Of a stretch of 64,000 bases of DNA, positions 26,964-39,910 are shown piece by piece. Source of the DNA: Vicugna vicugna. Its lineage: Eukaryota. The DNA lies in contig MU057984.1 of NCBI GenBank assembly GCA_013265495.1, positions 551,597 to 615,596 of the forward strand, read 5' to 3'. The translations under genes and the position numbers were made by a program. Below the pieces are notes generated by a model. It did no database searches. It was not told where the DNA came from and saw only the letters and a list, made by a program, of their open reading frames with translations. Every line of letters begins with the position of its first letter. Position 1 is the stretch's first letter.

Positions 26964-29665
26964 TATAAAACATTACAGAAAGCTTGCAAAGTCTCCCTAT
27001 TTGTCCCTTCGCTCATTTACCAGAGGAATACTAATTCTCTAGTCTCAAAGCTCCTGTCCTTTCTTCATCATGAGAGAAGATAAGAGACTTATATCTTTGT
27101 CTTTGAAAATTATTTTAGGAATAGAATTTTGAAATTTTATATTAAATTTCTGTGATAAGTGGCATTTCCAATAGCATATGAAGTACTGTGGTGTCCTTTC
27201 AACAATACACCAAGTACTATAAGATTGTTTTGAGATATATATATATATATGTATCTTTCTGATCATAACTAACTTTATGCTCCTACATATACTATTAGAA
27301 AACAGAACTTGTGTTCAAAAAATAGTTCTATTGAAAATGGTTTTAATTCATAAAAACAGAGCAAGAGAAAAGGGCAGGGTTTCATGGTGGCAGAATTGAC
27401 TGTGGCTTTGAAGTGTTAATGAAAGAGTTTACTGCTAATGGTGCTTTGGATTAATAATTTACAACTCTATTTACAGGGCTGAATAAACTTAAAAAATAGG
27501 AGAAAAGAAAGAAAAAATACTGGGTCAGCCATTTGAAATTGCTCTTCATTGTGAAACCAACTACTACCAACACAACCATCTAAAACAAGCTGCTTTGAAG
27601 TATACTTCTAGTTTTAATTAAAGAGTTAAAATCAATGGAATGATTTTGAATAACTATACTTGCTTCAGAGAATGTTATTACAGGAAGACAACTCCCTTTA
27701 GTAAACTTTCTAAAGCAATTTATACTATCTACACCTATTCAAATTTCTCAATTTAATAACTGGTAACAAGCTTATTTGTATCTAACCTTACATAAAAGAG
27801 CTCATGATTATGTTTATTTACATATTTAATGTTTACTATAGCTAGTATATTTTTATTGCTTAGGTCAATCTATGGGACAAATGAATTTTAATGCTGGTGA
27901 TGTACTTTCTGTATTTATAACAATACAGCTCATCCATGATGTTGCAACATGCACAAACATACCTGTCACCTGTTAGGACATCCAAAGTTGCATTTTTAAT
28001 CAATGATAGTCTTTCAGAGTTTCAGTGTATTTATTTCTTTTTAAATCAGAGAATCTCGTAAGATTCCCTATCATAATGTAACTATTACTCACTTGTGTTT
28101 CAATTTCCTTGCATGAGAAAGATAGGAGTAGAATTACAGCTACTCTTCTAGGCATTGCAATAACCCAGACTACATGTTCTCTAAAGCCTAAAAAGTCACT
28201 GTTGTTTATGAACATAAACATTTCTAGACTAAATGTTAATGAACTAATTTAATGCCCTAAAACTACTTTTAAGCTTGATCTAAGCGTGCCTAAGTCCCTA
28301 CAAGTGAATGTCTTCCAAAAAGTCCTTACAGCAGAATAAGATCTTAGAACATGTGTTTTGACCATGTTAGTTCCATAAATATTCACCATGTATAGAAATA
28401 TATGTCTACCTATCAAATATTATAATTTGCATAAATTATTTTAATATAAATCACCTCACTTGTGGGATACCCAATAATCTGGTAAGTAAAGAAAGATTGC
28501 AATTTCTATAAAACATTTAAGAAGTTGGAAAATCTCTGTTAAGGCCTATTTTTAAATGATTACCTTTGATTAACATCTATCAGTACATATTTTTTTTTAA
28601 GAGAGTATACCTATGGGAAAATTTTGTAATCTATTGTTAACACAATTTAAAATATTATTTGTAAACCATAGGAACCATTAGATGTTCTCCTATTTAAATC
28701 TTTACTGGTTAATTCCAAAGAAATCTGAGCAGAGCCAATAGCCTTTAAATATATTGTGTGAATCAACATCCAGAACCTGCTGATAACCAAAAGCTGAAAC
28801 TCCCACTGTGAGGGCATGGACCCACATAAACACAGCAAGCTCATTTTCATCAAGCCATTTTTTAGAAATATATAATGCACTCACTTCAGAAGGCAGCCAT
28901 GAACTAGGTGAAACATAAACTAGGTACTTTTTATAGGTTATTTTCATCTTATCTCTTAGAAGATTTTGGGATGTTTTCAATGAGCACACAAAAAAGGAAC
29001 AGTTATGTTTTGAAATAATACCTGGAATCAGTCTATTCTAATGCAGAGATTTTTAGAAACAGTAGCATAAACTAGTGTTAGAGCTGGCCTTACAAAGAGG
29101 TCATAAACATTGTATTAAGATGGAATTCCCTCTGACTGAATCCCTCGTTAATATGTCATTTCCTCAATCAGCTGGTCTGGTCAAATATCTGAAGTATCAC
29201 CATAAAGTGTGTGTTCTTACTGGCTAGAGCAATGTTAAAGAATTTTTGGTTGACTATAAATTACTAGTCCGAAATGTCTGGGCCTCTAAACCCTGACTCA
29301 ATCAGTCAGAGGATGCAGGTTTGCCTGATGGGGTGTAACCTAGGGCCAGGTGGCAGGGACACACACTGTTGACAAATGTAGGCAGTCACTTGATCACACT
29401 CCACAGTGTTGGGCAGCATGACACACCTTGAAGGAGCACTAAAAGGATTAGCTCTAGTCAGCCACAGTAATAAGCCCATTTTTATCTTGATTTCCAAATC
29501 ACAAAAATCTAACAGGTGAGGTGATCATCTACTAGACTATTTTTCCTCCCCATACAAGTCAATCCCACTGTATATGTCACATATCACTCAGTTATTTCAG
29601 GAAGTGTTATTTGGATACCTAATGACTGAGGTGATTCAATGTGGTATTTTAAACTTACAAGATAG

Positions 29666-32600
29666 CATCCATTCATGATAAAAATTCTCATCAAAGTAGA
29701 TATAGAGGAAACATATCTCAACATAATGAAGGCTATTTATAACAATCCCAGAGCAATATAATATAATACTCAATGGTAAAAAGCTGAAAGCCTTTCCTCT
29801 AAACTCAATAATTAGACAAGAATGCCCACTCTTGCCACTTCTATTTAACATATTAGTCAAAGTCCTATCCACGGCAGTCGGACAAGAAAAAGAAATCAAA
29901 TGCATGCAAATTGGAAGAGAAGAAATGAAACTGTCACTATGCGTAGATAACATGATACTATGCATAGAAAACCCTAAAGTATCCACCAAAAAACTGTTAG
30001 AATTCATAAATGAATTCAGGAAATTTGCAAGATACAAAATTAATATACAGAAATCTTCTGCTTTCACTAACAATGAACTATCAGAAACAGAAAGCAAGAA
30101 AAATAATCTAGATCAAAAAGAATAAAATACCTAGGAATAAACTTAACCAAGGAGGTAAAAGACCTATACTGTGAAACCTATAAAACGTTGATGAAGGAAA
30201 TTGAAGGTGATACAAAGAAATAGAAAGATATCCCATGTTTAGGGGTTAGATATATTGTTAAAATGTCCATATTATGTAAAGCAACCTACAGATTTAATGT
30301 AATCCCTATCAAAATGCCAATGACAGGTTTCACAGAACTAGCCGAAATAATCCTAAAATTTATATGAAGCCACAAAAGAGCCCACATAGCCAAAGTAATC
30401 TTGAGGAAAAGAACAAGGAGGTATCATGCTCCCTGATCATACTATACTACAAAGCTACAGTAATCAAAACAGTATGGTACTGGCACAAAAACAGACCCAT
30501 AGGTCAACAAAATAGAATAGAGAGCCCAGAAATAAACCTATGCACTTGTGATCAATTAATCTACAACAAAGGAGGCAAGAATATACAATGAAGAAAAGAC
30601 AGTTTCTTCAATAAGTGGTGCTGGGAAAACTCGACAGCTACATGTAAAAGAATGAAATTAGAACATTTTCTCATATCACATAGAAAAATAAACTTCAGAT
30701 GGATTAAAGATCTAAATGTAAGACTAGAAACCATAAAACTCCTGGAAGGAAACAAAGGCAGAACACTCCCAGACATAAATTGTAGTAGTATTTTTTGAGT
30801 ATTTGTTGGGGTGGGGGGGGCTGTCTCCTAATGCAAAGAAAACAAAACCAAAAATAAACAAATTGGACCAAATTAAACTTCAAAGTTTTACACAGCAAAG
30901 GAAGCAACTGACAAAAGAAAAATACAACCTACTGAATGGGAGAACATATTTGCACCCGATATGACTGATAAATAGTTAATATCCAAAATATATAAACAGC
31001 TCAATATAAAAAAAAACAATATTGAGCATTTTTTCATATGTCTATTGGCCATTTGTATGTCTTCATTGGAGAACTGCTTGTTTAGGTCTTCTACCCATTT
31101 TCAGATTGGGTTGTTTGTTCTTTTATTATTAAGTTGTATGAGCTATTTATACATTATGGAAATTAAGTCTCTGTCAGTCTCATTTTTTGCAAATATTTTT
31201 TCCCATTCTGTATGTTGTCTTTTTGTTTTGCTTATGGTTTCCTTTGCTATGAAAAAGCTTATAGGTTTTATTAGGTCCTATTTGTTTATTTTTGCTTTTA
31301 TTTGTATTGCCTGGGTAGACTGCCCTAGGAGAACATTGCTAAGATTTATGCCAGAGAGTGTTTTGCGTATGTTTTCTTCTAAGAGGTTTACAGTGTCTTG
31401 TATAATTAAGTCTTTAAGCCATTTTGAGTTTATTTTTGCGTATAGCATGAGGGAGTGTTCTAACTTTATTGATTTACTTGCAGCTGTCCAGTTATCCCAA
31501 CATCATTTGCTTAAGAGATTGTTTTTACTCCATTGTATGTTCTTGCCTCCTTTGTCAAAGATTAATTGACCGAAAGTTTGTGGGTTTATTTCTGGGCTCA
31601 AATGCTCAATATCACTAAATATCAGAGAAATGCAAATCCAAACTACAATGAGGTATCACCTCACACCAGTCAGAGTGGCCATCGTTCAAAAGTCCACAAA
31701 CAATAAAAGCTGAAGAGGGTGTGGAGAAAAGGGAACTCTCCTACACTGTTGGTAGGAATGTAGTTTCGTGTAGCCATTATGTAAAACAGTATGGAGATTC
31801 CTCAAAAGACTAAAAATAGACTTACCATATGATTCAGCAGTCCCACTCCTGGGCATATATCCAGAGGGAACTCTTATTCAAAAAAGATGCATGCACCCCA
31901 ATGTTCATAGCAGCAGTATTTACAATAGCCAAGACATGGAAACATCCTAAATGTCCACTGACAGATGACGGGATAAAGAAGTGGCGGTGTATTTATACAA
32001 TGGAATACTACTCAGCCAAAAGAAAATAATAAAACAATGCCATTTGCAACAGTATGGATGGAACTGGAGATTGTCATTCAAAGTGAAGTAAGACAGAAAG
32101 AGAAAGAAAAATATCATATGATATCACTTATATGTGGAATCTTAAAAAAGCAAAAACAAATGAATTGATTTACAAAACAGAAACAGACTCACAGACATTG
32201 AAAACAAACTTATGGTTACCTGGGGGAAAGAGGGTGGGAAGGGATAAATTGGGAGTTTGAGATTTGCAGATACTAACTAATACATATAAAATAGCTAAAC
32301 AACAAGTTCATACTGTATAGCAAAGGGAACTATAATCAGTATCTTATAGTAATTCATGGTGAAAAGAATATGAAAATAATTATATGTATGTTCATGTATG
32401 ACTGAAACATCATGCTGTACACTAGAAATTGACACAACATTGTAAACTGACTACACTTCAATAAAAGAATACAAAAAGGGAAAAAAAATAATTTAAAAAT
32501 AGGCAGAAGATCTGAATAGACATTTTTTCCAAAGAAGACATACAGATGGACAATAGGCACATGAAAAGATACTCAATATCGCTAATCTGAGAAATGCAAA

Positions 32601-33430
32601 TTAAAACCACAATGAAATATAACCTCACGTCTGTCAGAATGGCTATCATTAAAAAGACTGCAAATAACAAGTATTGGTGAGGATGTGGAGAAAAGGGAAC
32701 CTTAGTAAAATGTTGGTGAGAATGTAAATTGATGCATCCACTATGGAAAACAGTATGGAGCGTCCTCAAAAAACTAAAAATAGAACTCCCATATGATCCA
32801 GCAATTCCAATTCTGGGTGCATATCTGAAGAAGATTAAAACACCAATTTCAAAAGATACATGCAACCGAATGTTCATAGCAGCATTATTTACAACAGCCA
32901 AGATATGGAAGCAACCAAACTATTCATCAACAGATGAATGGACAGAGAACTTACTGTTTTATATATATATATAGAAAGAGAGAGAGAGAGAGAATTATTA
33001 CTCAGTCATAAAAAAAGAATGAAGTTTTGCCATTTGCAACAACATTGATGGAACTGAAGGGTATTATGCTTAGTGAAGTAAATCAGAAAGAGAAAGACAA
33101 ATACTGCATGTTATCACTTTTATATGTCATCTAAAAAATAAAACAAAGTAATGAATATAACAAAACGTAAGCAGACTCACAGAGATCAAACTAGGAGTTA
33201 CAAGTAGAGAGAGGGAAAGGGGGAGGGACAAGATACAGGTAGGGGATTAAAGGGTACAAATTACTATGTATAAAATAAATAAGCTACATATGTACAGCCT
33301 AGGGAATATAGCCAGTATTTTATACCTTTAACTAGGATATAATCTATTGAATCATTATGTTCTACTCTTGAAACTAATATAATATTATAAATCAACTACA
33401 TTTCAGTTTTTAAAAAGTAAATAAATAAAA
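29666..33430 (+). mobile_element. Decayed L1 (ORF2 RT to 3' UTR) with a nested L1
   Basis: Peptides PLLFNILVKVL..LSLCVDNMILCIENP (degenerate FADD), [17 protein letters not shown] and [15 protein letters not shown]; host resumes near 32490. Confidence 0.95.
31021..32480 (+). mobile_element. Nested L1 with 5' inversion (31021-31599 antisense, 31600-32480 sense)
   Basis: Both arms start at the same L1 position (aaatgctcaatat); flanks aaaaaaaacaat/aaaaaaaataat. Confidence 0.93.
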
Positions 33431-34584
33431 ACAATATACAGTTTTTGGTTAAGATTTATATTGACATTAGAGGAATATGTTCAGATAATAAGTTCTATAG
33501 ATAAACATGAGGAAAATAAATCAGAATTTTATAATCGCCATATACAATGACTTATTGATTAATACAGCTCTTGAATTTCACTCAGAAACCATGTGTTACT
33601 GATGTGATTTGAAATATATCTGAATTTTTGTATTCTACTTTCTTATGTTATTTATGTAAGATAAAAACTAAGGCATGGGAGTTCTTAAAAGTGGTGTGCA
33701 TTAATGCTAGCTTTCTGAATTTCATAGGAGATTGCTAATATCCATGCTGTGAAAAAGCAGGCATTTAAAAAAGTACATTTTTAGAACCATGATATTATGA
33801 CTATCATTCCAGCTGTGAGCCAATGGCATTTATTGTGTACTGACTTTACTGCAAACCAACACATTCTTGTCAATGAATTCTTAGTAGAAGTTAGGCAAAT
33901 GATTTGGTTGAATGAACTAACTTGAATCCTATAATATATGAACCAGCAAAAGATTAATACAATATATTTGGATATGAAGTTATAAAAAAAAAGCATCAGG
34001 GTAAATGTGTTAACATAAGAATAATTAATTTGCATAGGAACAGATCAATTATCACTATAATTCTTAGCTTTACATGGTTCTAAAAAAAACTGTGGTTCTT
34101 AGACAATCCTTTTTAGGAGTATAGAGAAGTTGCAAAGGTCTGCATACAGGGCCTGAAGTTTGTAAAAAGAGCAATAATAATTTCTGACTGTTTAACTTAA
34201 AAGATGTACTGATTCTATAAATTTATAATGTGTGAAGCAAATTAATACATTCACTTCCTCATAATGCTGTAAAAGGTATCTTAGTTCTTTTTTTATCTTC
34301 TGATGCTGCTGTCCCACACTGCAATTTTCAGTTTTGGAACCTGACTTGGTACTTTTCAGCCTTGAGAGCCACTGTCCTAGCTGCTTGGAGGAGCCCTTCC
34401 AGAAGGCTTTGCACAACCCAAACACAGAATGGATACTTCATATCCAGGACCAATGAGGGAAAAGTTGATAAGAAAGTGTACATTCCACACAATCTCAAAG
34501 TTTCAATCAAAAGTTAGTTATTACCAAGGCGAAGGACAGCTTTAAAGCAAAGACATTTGGTGGACACCACCATAACCAGATAAC

Positions 34585-35525
34585 TGTGGGGGAGGATAGA
34601 TAATTTTTCATCTACCATTCTAGGTTCTTGGCTGAGGCATCCTATAATAAAAGACAAATTAAGTTACCAATTTAAATAAACAGGTAAACTGAGACTAAGT
34701 TCAAATGACCTGAAATTGAGTTTATTTGGGAATAGCAGAGGAATTGCAAATTTGGGAAACCCATGCTGTAGCAAGTTACACATGAGTCCCTTGAGGGTTT
34801 GTGGTGGGCTGTATTCATAGGAAAGAGCACAAAGAAGGGGAAGTCCAGCCAGAGTGCAAGTAGTAAGCTCATTGGCTTGATGATGGGGAGAGATTCTTGG
34901 TGGATGTTTACTGATCAGGAAATGAAGCTTGGTCTTCTACAAATCAGGCGTTTATGAGAAATGGGTCTCTCAGTTCTTATGCTCTGTTCTTCTGAGGGTG
35001 CACACGTGAGACTTTCCATCCTATATTCTGTAGTTCCCTTTTAGATTGAAATCCTCTCACGCAGGAGAAGAACAGAAGTTTATAACATGTATATGTCCTG
35101 TATATATGGGAGGTACCCAGGAAAACTGAGTAACTCCTTGAACCAGCCTGAGACATTACTTTAAATACCATCACCAGCTAAAGCAAAAGAAAATGTTGGG
35201 GTAGGGGTGGAGGCCATTTATGGGAAGTTATCTAGAAAAGCACAGTAAACAAAGGTAAGGCTTTTATGTAGATTTAAGTCCTTGCCTTCTCCACTGATCG
35301 GAGTTTATAGACATTTAGAGTCATCCTTCTCTTCCTGATACTGAGAGGGAGACACCCTTACAAAATAGAGATTTCCTTTATAAAGGTACACATCTCTTAC
35401 AAAAGGGTAACTTCTATTTTAAGAGCTTCTCCTGTGTCTGCAGTTTATTAAAAATAAATAGCCTAAAATAGTCTGCATGCCAAAGAGGGATATTTGGGGG
35501 TAGGTAGCAAATTCTGCTTCCCTTA
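34585..35525 (-). mobile_element. ERV1 solo LTR, MER34A1-like, interrupted by a nested LTR
   Basis: Colinear with 20631-21173 outside 34663-35059; flanks taac/tgac. Confidence 0.9.
34663..35059 (-). mobile_element. Unassigned ERV1-like solo LTR nested in a MER34A1-like LTR
   Basis: Reverse complement tgagagg..ccaat..gcaattcctctgctattcccaaataaa..ggtaac; splits the host motif agacagattaacaggagaa. Confidence 0.75.
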
Positions 35526-35764
35526 TGACCAAACTCAGCATCACTAATAACATGGCCCTCCAACCTGCAGTGCTTCCTGATGGGATGCAGTGAGACCTAT
35601 ACCATAGACAGAAGGAATTTTCTTTCCATCAAAGTTTAAATTCTTCCAATCATGAGAGGATAGTCAGAGCAACTAAGATACTGGCTTTGTCTCTTCAAAA
35701 ATGTCAATACCAAGAAAGATCAAGTAAGGCTGGGGAGTTGTACGGGATGAAAAGGAACTAAATT

Positions 35765-36515
35765 CAAAGACATGGAAGCAACCTAAGTGCCCATTGGTAA
35801 GTGGATAAAGAAGATGTGGTTTATATATACAATAGAATATTGCTCAATCATAAAAGAGAATGAAATCTTGTCATTTGTGACAATATGGATGGACCTAGAG
35901 GGTATAATGCTAAGTGAAATGTCAGATAGAGAAAGACAAACACTGTATGATTTCACTTATATGTGGAATCTAAAAAACAAATGAACAAAAATGAAACAAA
36001 TGAACAAACATAACAAAACAGAAACAGTCATAGTTACAGAGAATAAACAAGTGGTTGCTGGCGTGGAGTGAGGAGCGTTGGTGAGTGAAACAGGTGAGGA
36101 AAATTAAGAGGTACCCACTTCCAGTTATACAAAAAAAATGAGTCACAAGATGCAATGCAGAGTGTGGGGGAATATAGTCAATAATAATGCAATATCTTTA
36201 TATGGTGATGAAGGTGGTCAAAATATACAAACTTTCAGTTATAAGAGAAATAAGTACTAGGGATATAATATACAACATGATTAATATAATTAGCACTGCT
36301 GTATATTATACATGAAATTTGTCAAGAGAGTAAATCCTGAGAGTTCTCACCACAAGAGAAAACAATTTTTTTCCCTTTTTTAAATTTTGAGACAACAGAT
36401 AATCACTGCCTTATTGTGGTAATAATTTCACGATATATATAAGTCAAATCATTATGCTGCATACCTTAAACAGTGCTGTACATCAATTAAATCTCAATAA
36501 AACAAAGGAAAAAAG
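35765..36515 (+). mobile_element. L1 3' end(s), L1MA-type, composite
   Basis: KWIKKMWFIYTIEY..WMDLEGIMLSE peptide, then 3' UTR to atctcaataaaa; second UTR segment from about 36211. Confidence 0.9.
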
Positions 36516-36539
36516 GAATAAAGCATACCACATATAACT

Positions 36540-36930
36540 TTAAAAAAGGAGATAAATTATTGGGTGATCCTAATTTGGAACCTGACATCACTGGGTCTCT
36601 TGAATATGGACTATACATCAGATAATGTTGTTGTATCATTGTTAAATATTTTGCTTGTGATGATGGGATTGCAGTTATATAGAAGAATGTTCTTACTCTC
36701 AGTAGATACATGCTGAATATTTAGGTGTGAATTTGTGTGTCTGTGTGTGTGTGTGTGCACACATGCATAGCTTTTGAAAAATAAATTGCAAATTAACAAG
36801 ACAGAGGAGAAGAGAGATAACAAATGTGGCACAATGTTAATTGGTGAAATGTTAATTAGTGGAGGATATATTTGTGATCATTGTAGTAGTCTTTCAATTT
36901 TTTTTAAGTTTGGAATATTTTAAAGTACAC
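36540..36930 (+). mobile_element. L1ME-type 3' UTR fragment
   Basis: tgaatatggactata..atacatgctgaatatttagg..caaatgtggcacaatgttaa. Confidence 0.7.
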
Positions 36931-37216
36931 AGTTGTGAGGAGGGAATCATTAATAACAAGTACTGAGAGTGCCTAAGCAGTAAAGGATAAAAAATGAATA
37001 GTGCACTTGATATAGGTCTATTTCCTACTATATTTGTTGTTTGAATTTTACATGGAAATATCAGTAACTAGCACATGAGAATTGTAACTGAAGCAGTGTG
37101 ATAAAGGAAGTAGCCATGATTTCCTCCATATTGTTTCATTTAATGATGTTCCTTAGGGTTCAGGAGTACCTTTTTTTCCTGTATAAAACTACAAACATTT
37201 CACCTCCATAAGAATT

Positions 37217-38291
37217 TATCATGTGCTCCACATAAATATGTGGTCAAGCCAGTTTTGTATTTGCCAGTTATTGTTTACTCTGGGGAGCATCTGAAATCAA
37301 ATAAATTCTTTTCTGAGAATCTGCAACAGTATTTATAGCTTCTAAAATGAGGTTTTCATTTAAATTATGCTCTAATATAAACAAATAAAATTGCACATTA
37401 GAACAGGTAGAAATTATTAAAATGTATTTTGTTTAATAACACAAACTTTGAGTTAGTGAAAAAGTTTATAAATGCTTAAATTCATCATCTATGTGGCTTT
37501 GTACAGACTTCCTAAATTTGAGTAGATGTGCAGAAGACAGACCTGGTAGCTAACCATTCCCTTGCAGTGGCTAAGAATATAGATTTATTTCAGACAGGCT
37601 GAACTTGAATCTACCTCCTTTATTTTTTAATTGTGTGACACTCCTTTTTTTTCTAATTGTGTGACTGACTTTTTATAATGCATAATTTCTACGACTGGTG
37701 AGAGGCTTTACAGAAACAAAATAATGCATGTTCAGTGCTCAGCACAGTACCTGGAAAGAATCATACAAGCCCATTTCCATCATTTGCATTAACATCTTGT
37801 CAAATCATCAACCTTTCTATTTACCAGAAATGTCCATCTTGATTTATGCATAGCAGAATTATTCTAAATCATTAATGGCTGAAGACTGATATTTAAATTA
37901 CAGAATAGTATTGAAACTCAGTGTCAGAGTATCTTCTTATTTCACTGTTCCTCTAAATTGAGTATTTTTAAAGACCCTACTGCTAGTGTTTCTGTCTGTT
38001 CAGAATGTCAAAGGGAATCTATTAATATTACAATTGTTTCCTGAATGAGATATCATATATTTTCCAAGAAATATGTTTATTAAAATATAAAGTATTAGTA
38101 TTACCAACTACAGGTCACTTTGCTGTTTTATTATATTATTAACACTAACGACACCAATGTATAAAATGGCCAAAAGGCCATGCTGTATAATTTGTACAAT
38201 TTCTGTATCATGTGCTCCATGGAAGAATGGGACTGAGGCAATTTTATAGATGTCAATTATTCTTTACTCTTAGGAGCATCTGAAATCAAAT
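37217..38291 (-). repeat. Diverged direct duplication, 86-bp cores at 37217-37302 and 38206-38291; possible relic duplicated exon
   Basis: 66/86 identical without gaps; both read atttgatttcag|ATGCTCC on the minus strand. Confidence 0.8.
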
Positions 38292-38469
38292 GTGATCATC
38301 TTTAAGACTAGTTTTATTAAAAAAACCAAAACAAAATTTAGTATATTAATTCCTATCTGATCCTCAGAATAAATTTTCATTTTTACCCTTACTTTCATTA
38401 ATCCCTTATCTTTTTTTTATAAATGATTGAATTTATCATGCTTCTTTTGTTTGCTCATTTTATATTTTT

Positions 38470-38988
38470 CTTAGGTAGGATTGTCCACAAGCTGATCTTT
38501 AGATAAGGATTCAATGATATGTGATTTATTAAGGAAATGCTTCCAGGAAAAACAAGTGGGTAGTGGAAGCAGAAGAGGAAATCAGTTGTTTCAAGTAAGT
38601 TCAGTGGTAGAGCACATGCTTATTAGCATGCACAAGGTCCTGTGTTCAATCCCCACTAGCCCCATTAAAAAAATTAATAAGAGAAATAAATAAGCCTAAT
38701 TACCTAATTACCTTCTTCCCCCCAAAATTTTTTTAAGAAGAAAACCAAATGAAATACATGTGGGATTTAAGTCAATGTATCAGCCTCAGCCCGATTCCAT
38801 GGTGTTCTCTGGAGCTGAAATGACACCAGTGGCTTTTTTTATTTCTGTTAGAGTCAAGGGAGCTGGGTTTTCAAACTTTCACCCCACACAGCCATTGGCT
38901 CTGTGCCTTCCCCAGGTGACAACAACTGGTTTTGAGCACCCCCAGTAATGCAATGATAGTTCTCAGAAGAAAATTATAGGCACTCCAC
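38470..38988 (-). mobile_element. Ancient ERVL LTR (LTR16/LTR33-like), host of later insertions
   Basis: agataaggattcaatgatatgtgatttattaagg..agggagctgggttttc..cagccattggct. Confidence 0.55.
38596..38734 (+). mobile_element. Camelid-type tRNA-derived SINE, 5'-eroded
   Basis: cagtggtagagcacatgc..agcatgcacaaggtcctgtgttcaatcccc..cctaattacc. Confidence 0.88.
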
Positions 38989-39883
38989 TGAAGGGAAGCA
39001 GAATTTCTCACCCCAGAATAAGTATGCCCTTTGGCATAAGAATTATTTTTAGGCTGATTATTTTTAATGAACAGCAGACACAGGAGAAGTTCTGCAAACA
39101 ACAGTAGAAAGTTAACCTTTTGTGAGAAACATTTACAAGGGAAATCTCCATTTGTAAGGGCATCTCCCTCTCTGTACTAGGGAGAGGAAGATGACTCAAT
39201 CTCTAGAAACTCTTATCAACAGAGAAGGCAATGATTTAAATCTGCAGAACAACCATGCCCTTGCTTATTGTGCTTTTCCTGATAACCTCTGTAACTGACC
39301 TCCCTATTTCCCCTAACATCTTTTGTCTGTAGCTGAAAGTGGTTGAGATGATCCTCCGTATCTGCAGGTTCTGCATCTATGGTTTCAGCCTTGGATCAAA
39401 AAAATTTGGGAAAAAATTCCAGAAATTTCCACAAAGCAAAACTTGAATTTGCCTTGTGCTGGCAACTATTTGCATTGCATTTATATTGTGTTTATAACTA
39501 TTTACATAACATTTACAATATATTAGATATCAAAAGTAATCTACAGATGATTTATAGTATATGGAAGGATGTGCATATGTTATATGCAAATACTACATCA
39601 TTTTATATAAGGGACTTGAGCGTCCAAGGATTTTGGTATCCAAGAGGATCCTAGAACCAACCCCCTGCAGATATTGAGGGGCAGCTGTATTTAATGTGGT
39701 GGAGTGAGCATTCTGGAGTGAGTGAGCATTCTGAGTATCTCCCATGTACACAGGAGGTACACATGTGATTCAACTTCTGTTTGTTTTTTTTTTTCCTGAT
39801 AATCTGTTTTTTATTACAGGGGTGCAGGGGTCTCAGCCAGGAATCTAGAAGGGTAGAGGGAAAATTATTCTTCCTCCCCTACA
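38989..39883 (+). mobile_element. ERV1 solo LTR, MER34A1-like, with a nested Tigger MITE
   Basis: tgaagggaagcagaa..ttcctcccctaca; perfect TSD ccac. Confidence 0.93.
39345..39687. mobile_element. TcMar-Tigger MITE, MER2/MER2B-like
   Basis: Termini cctccgtatctgcagg / cctgcagatattgaggggcagctg followed by TA; internal ttatatgcaaatacta..gggacttgagc. Confidence 0.9.
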
Positions 39884-39910
39884 CCACCACGCCGACCCAG
39901 AGTATAGGAG

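Noticed and set aside
31045..31569. 174-aa hydrophobic ORF resembling a membrane protein
   Set aside because: Antisense reading of the inverted L1 ORF2 arm
33728..34000. Plus-strand exon-like segment (EIANIHAVKKQAFKKVHF*NHDIMTIIPAV..)
   Set aside because: Several stops in the frames examined, weak donor, no identifiable homology
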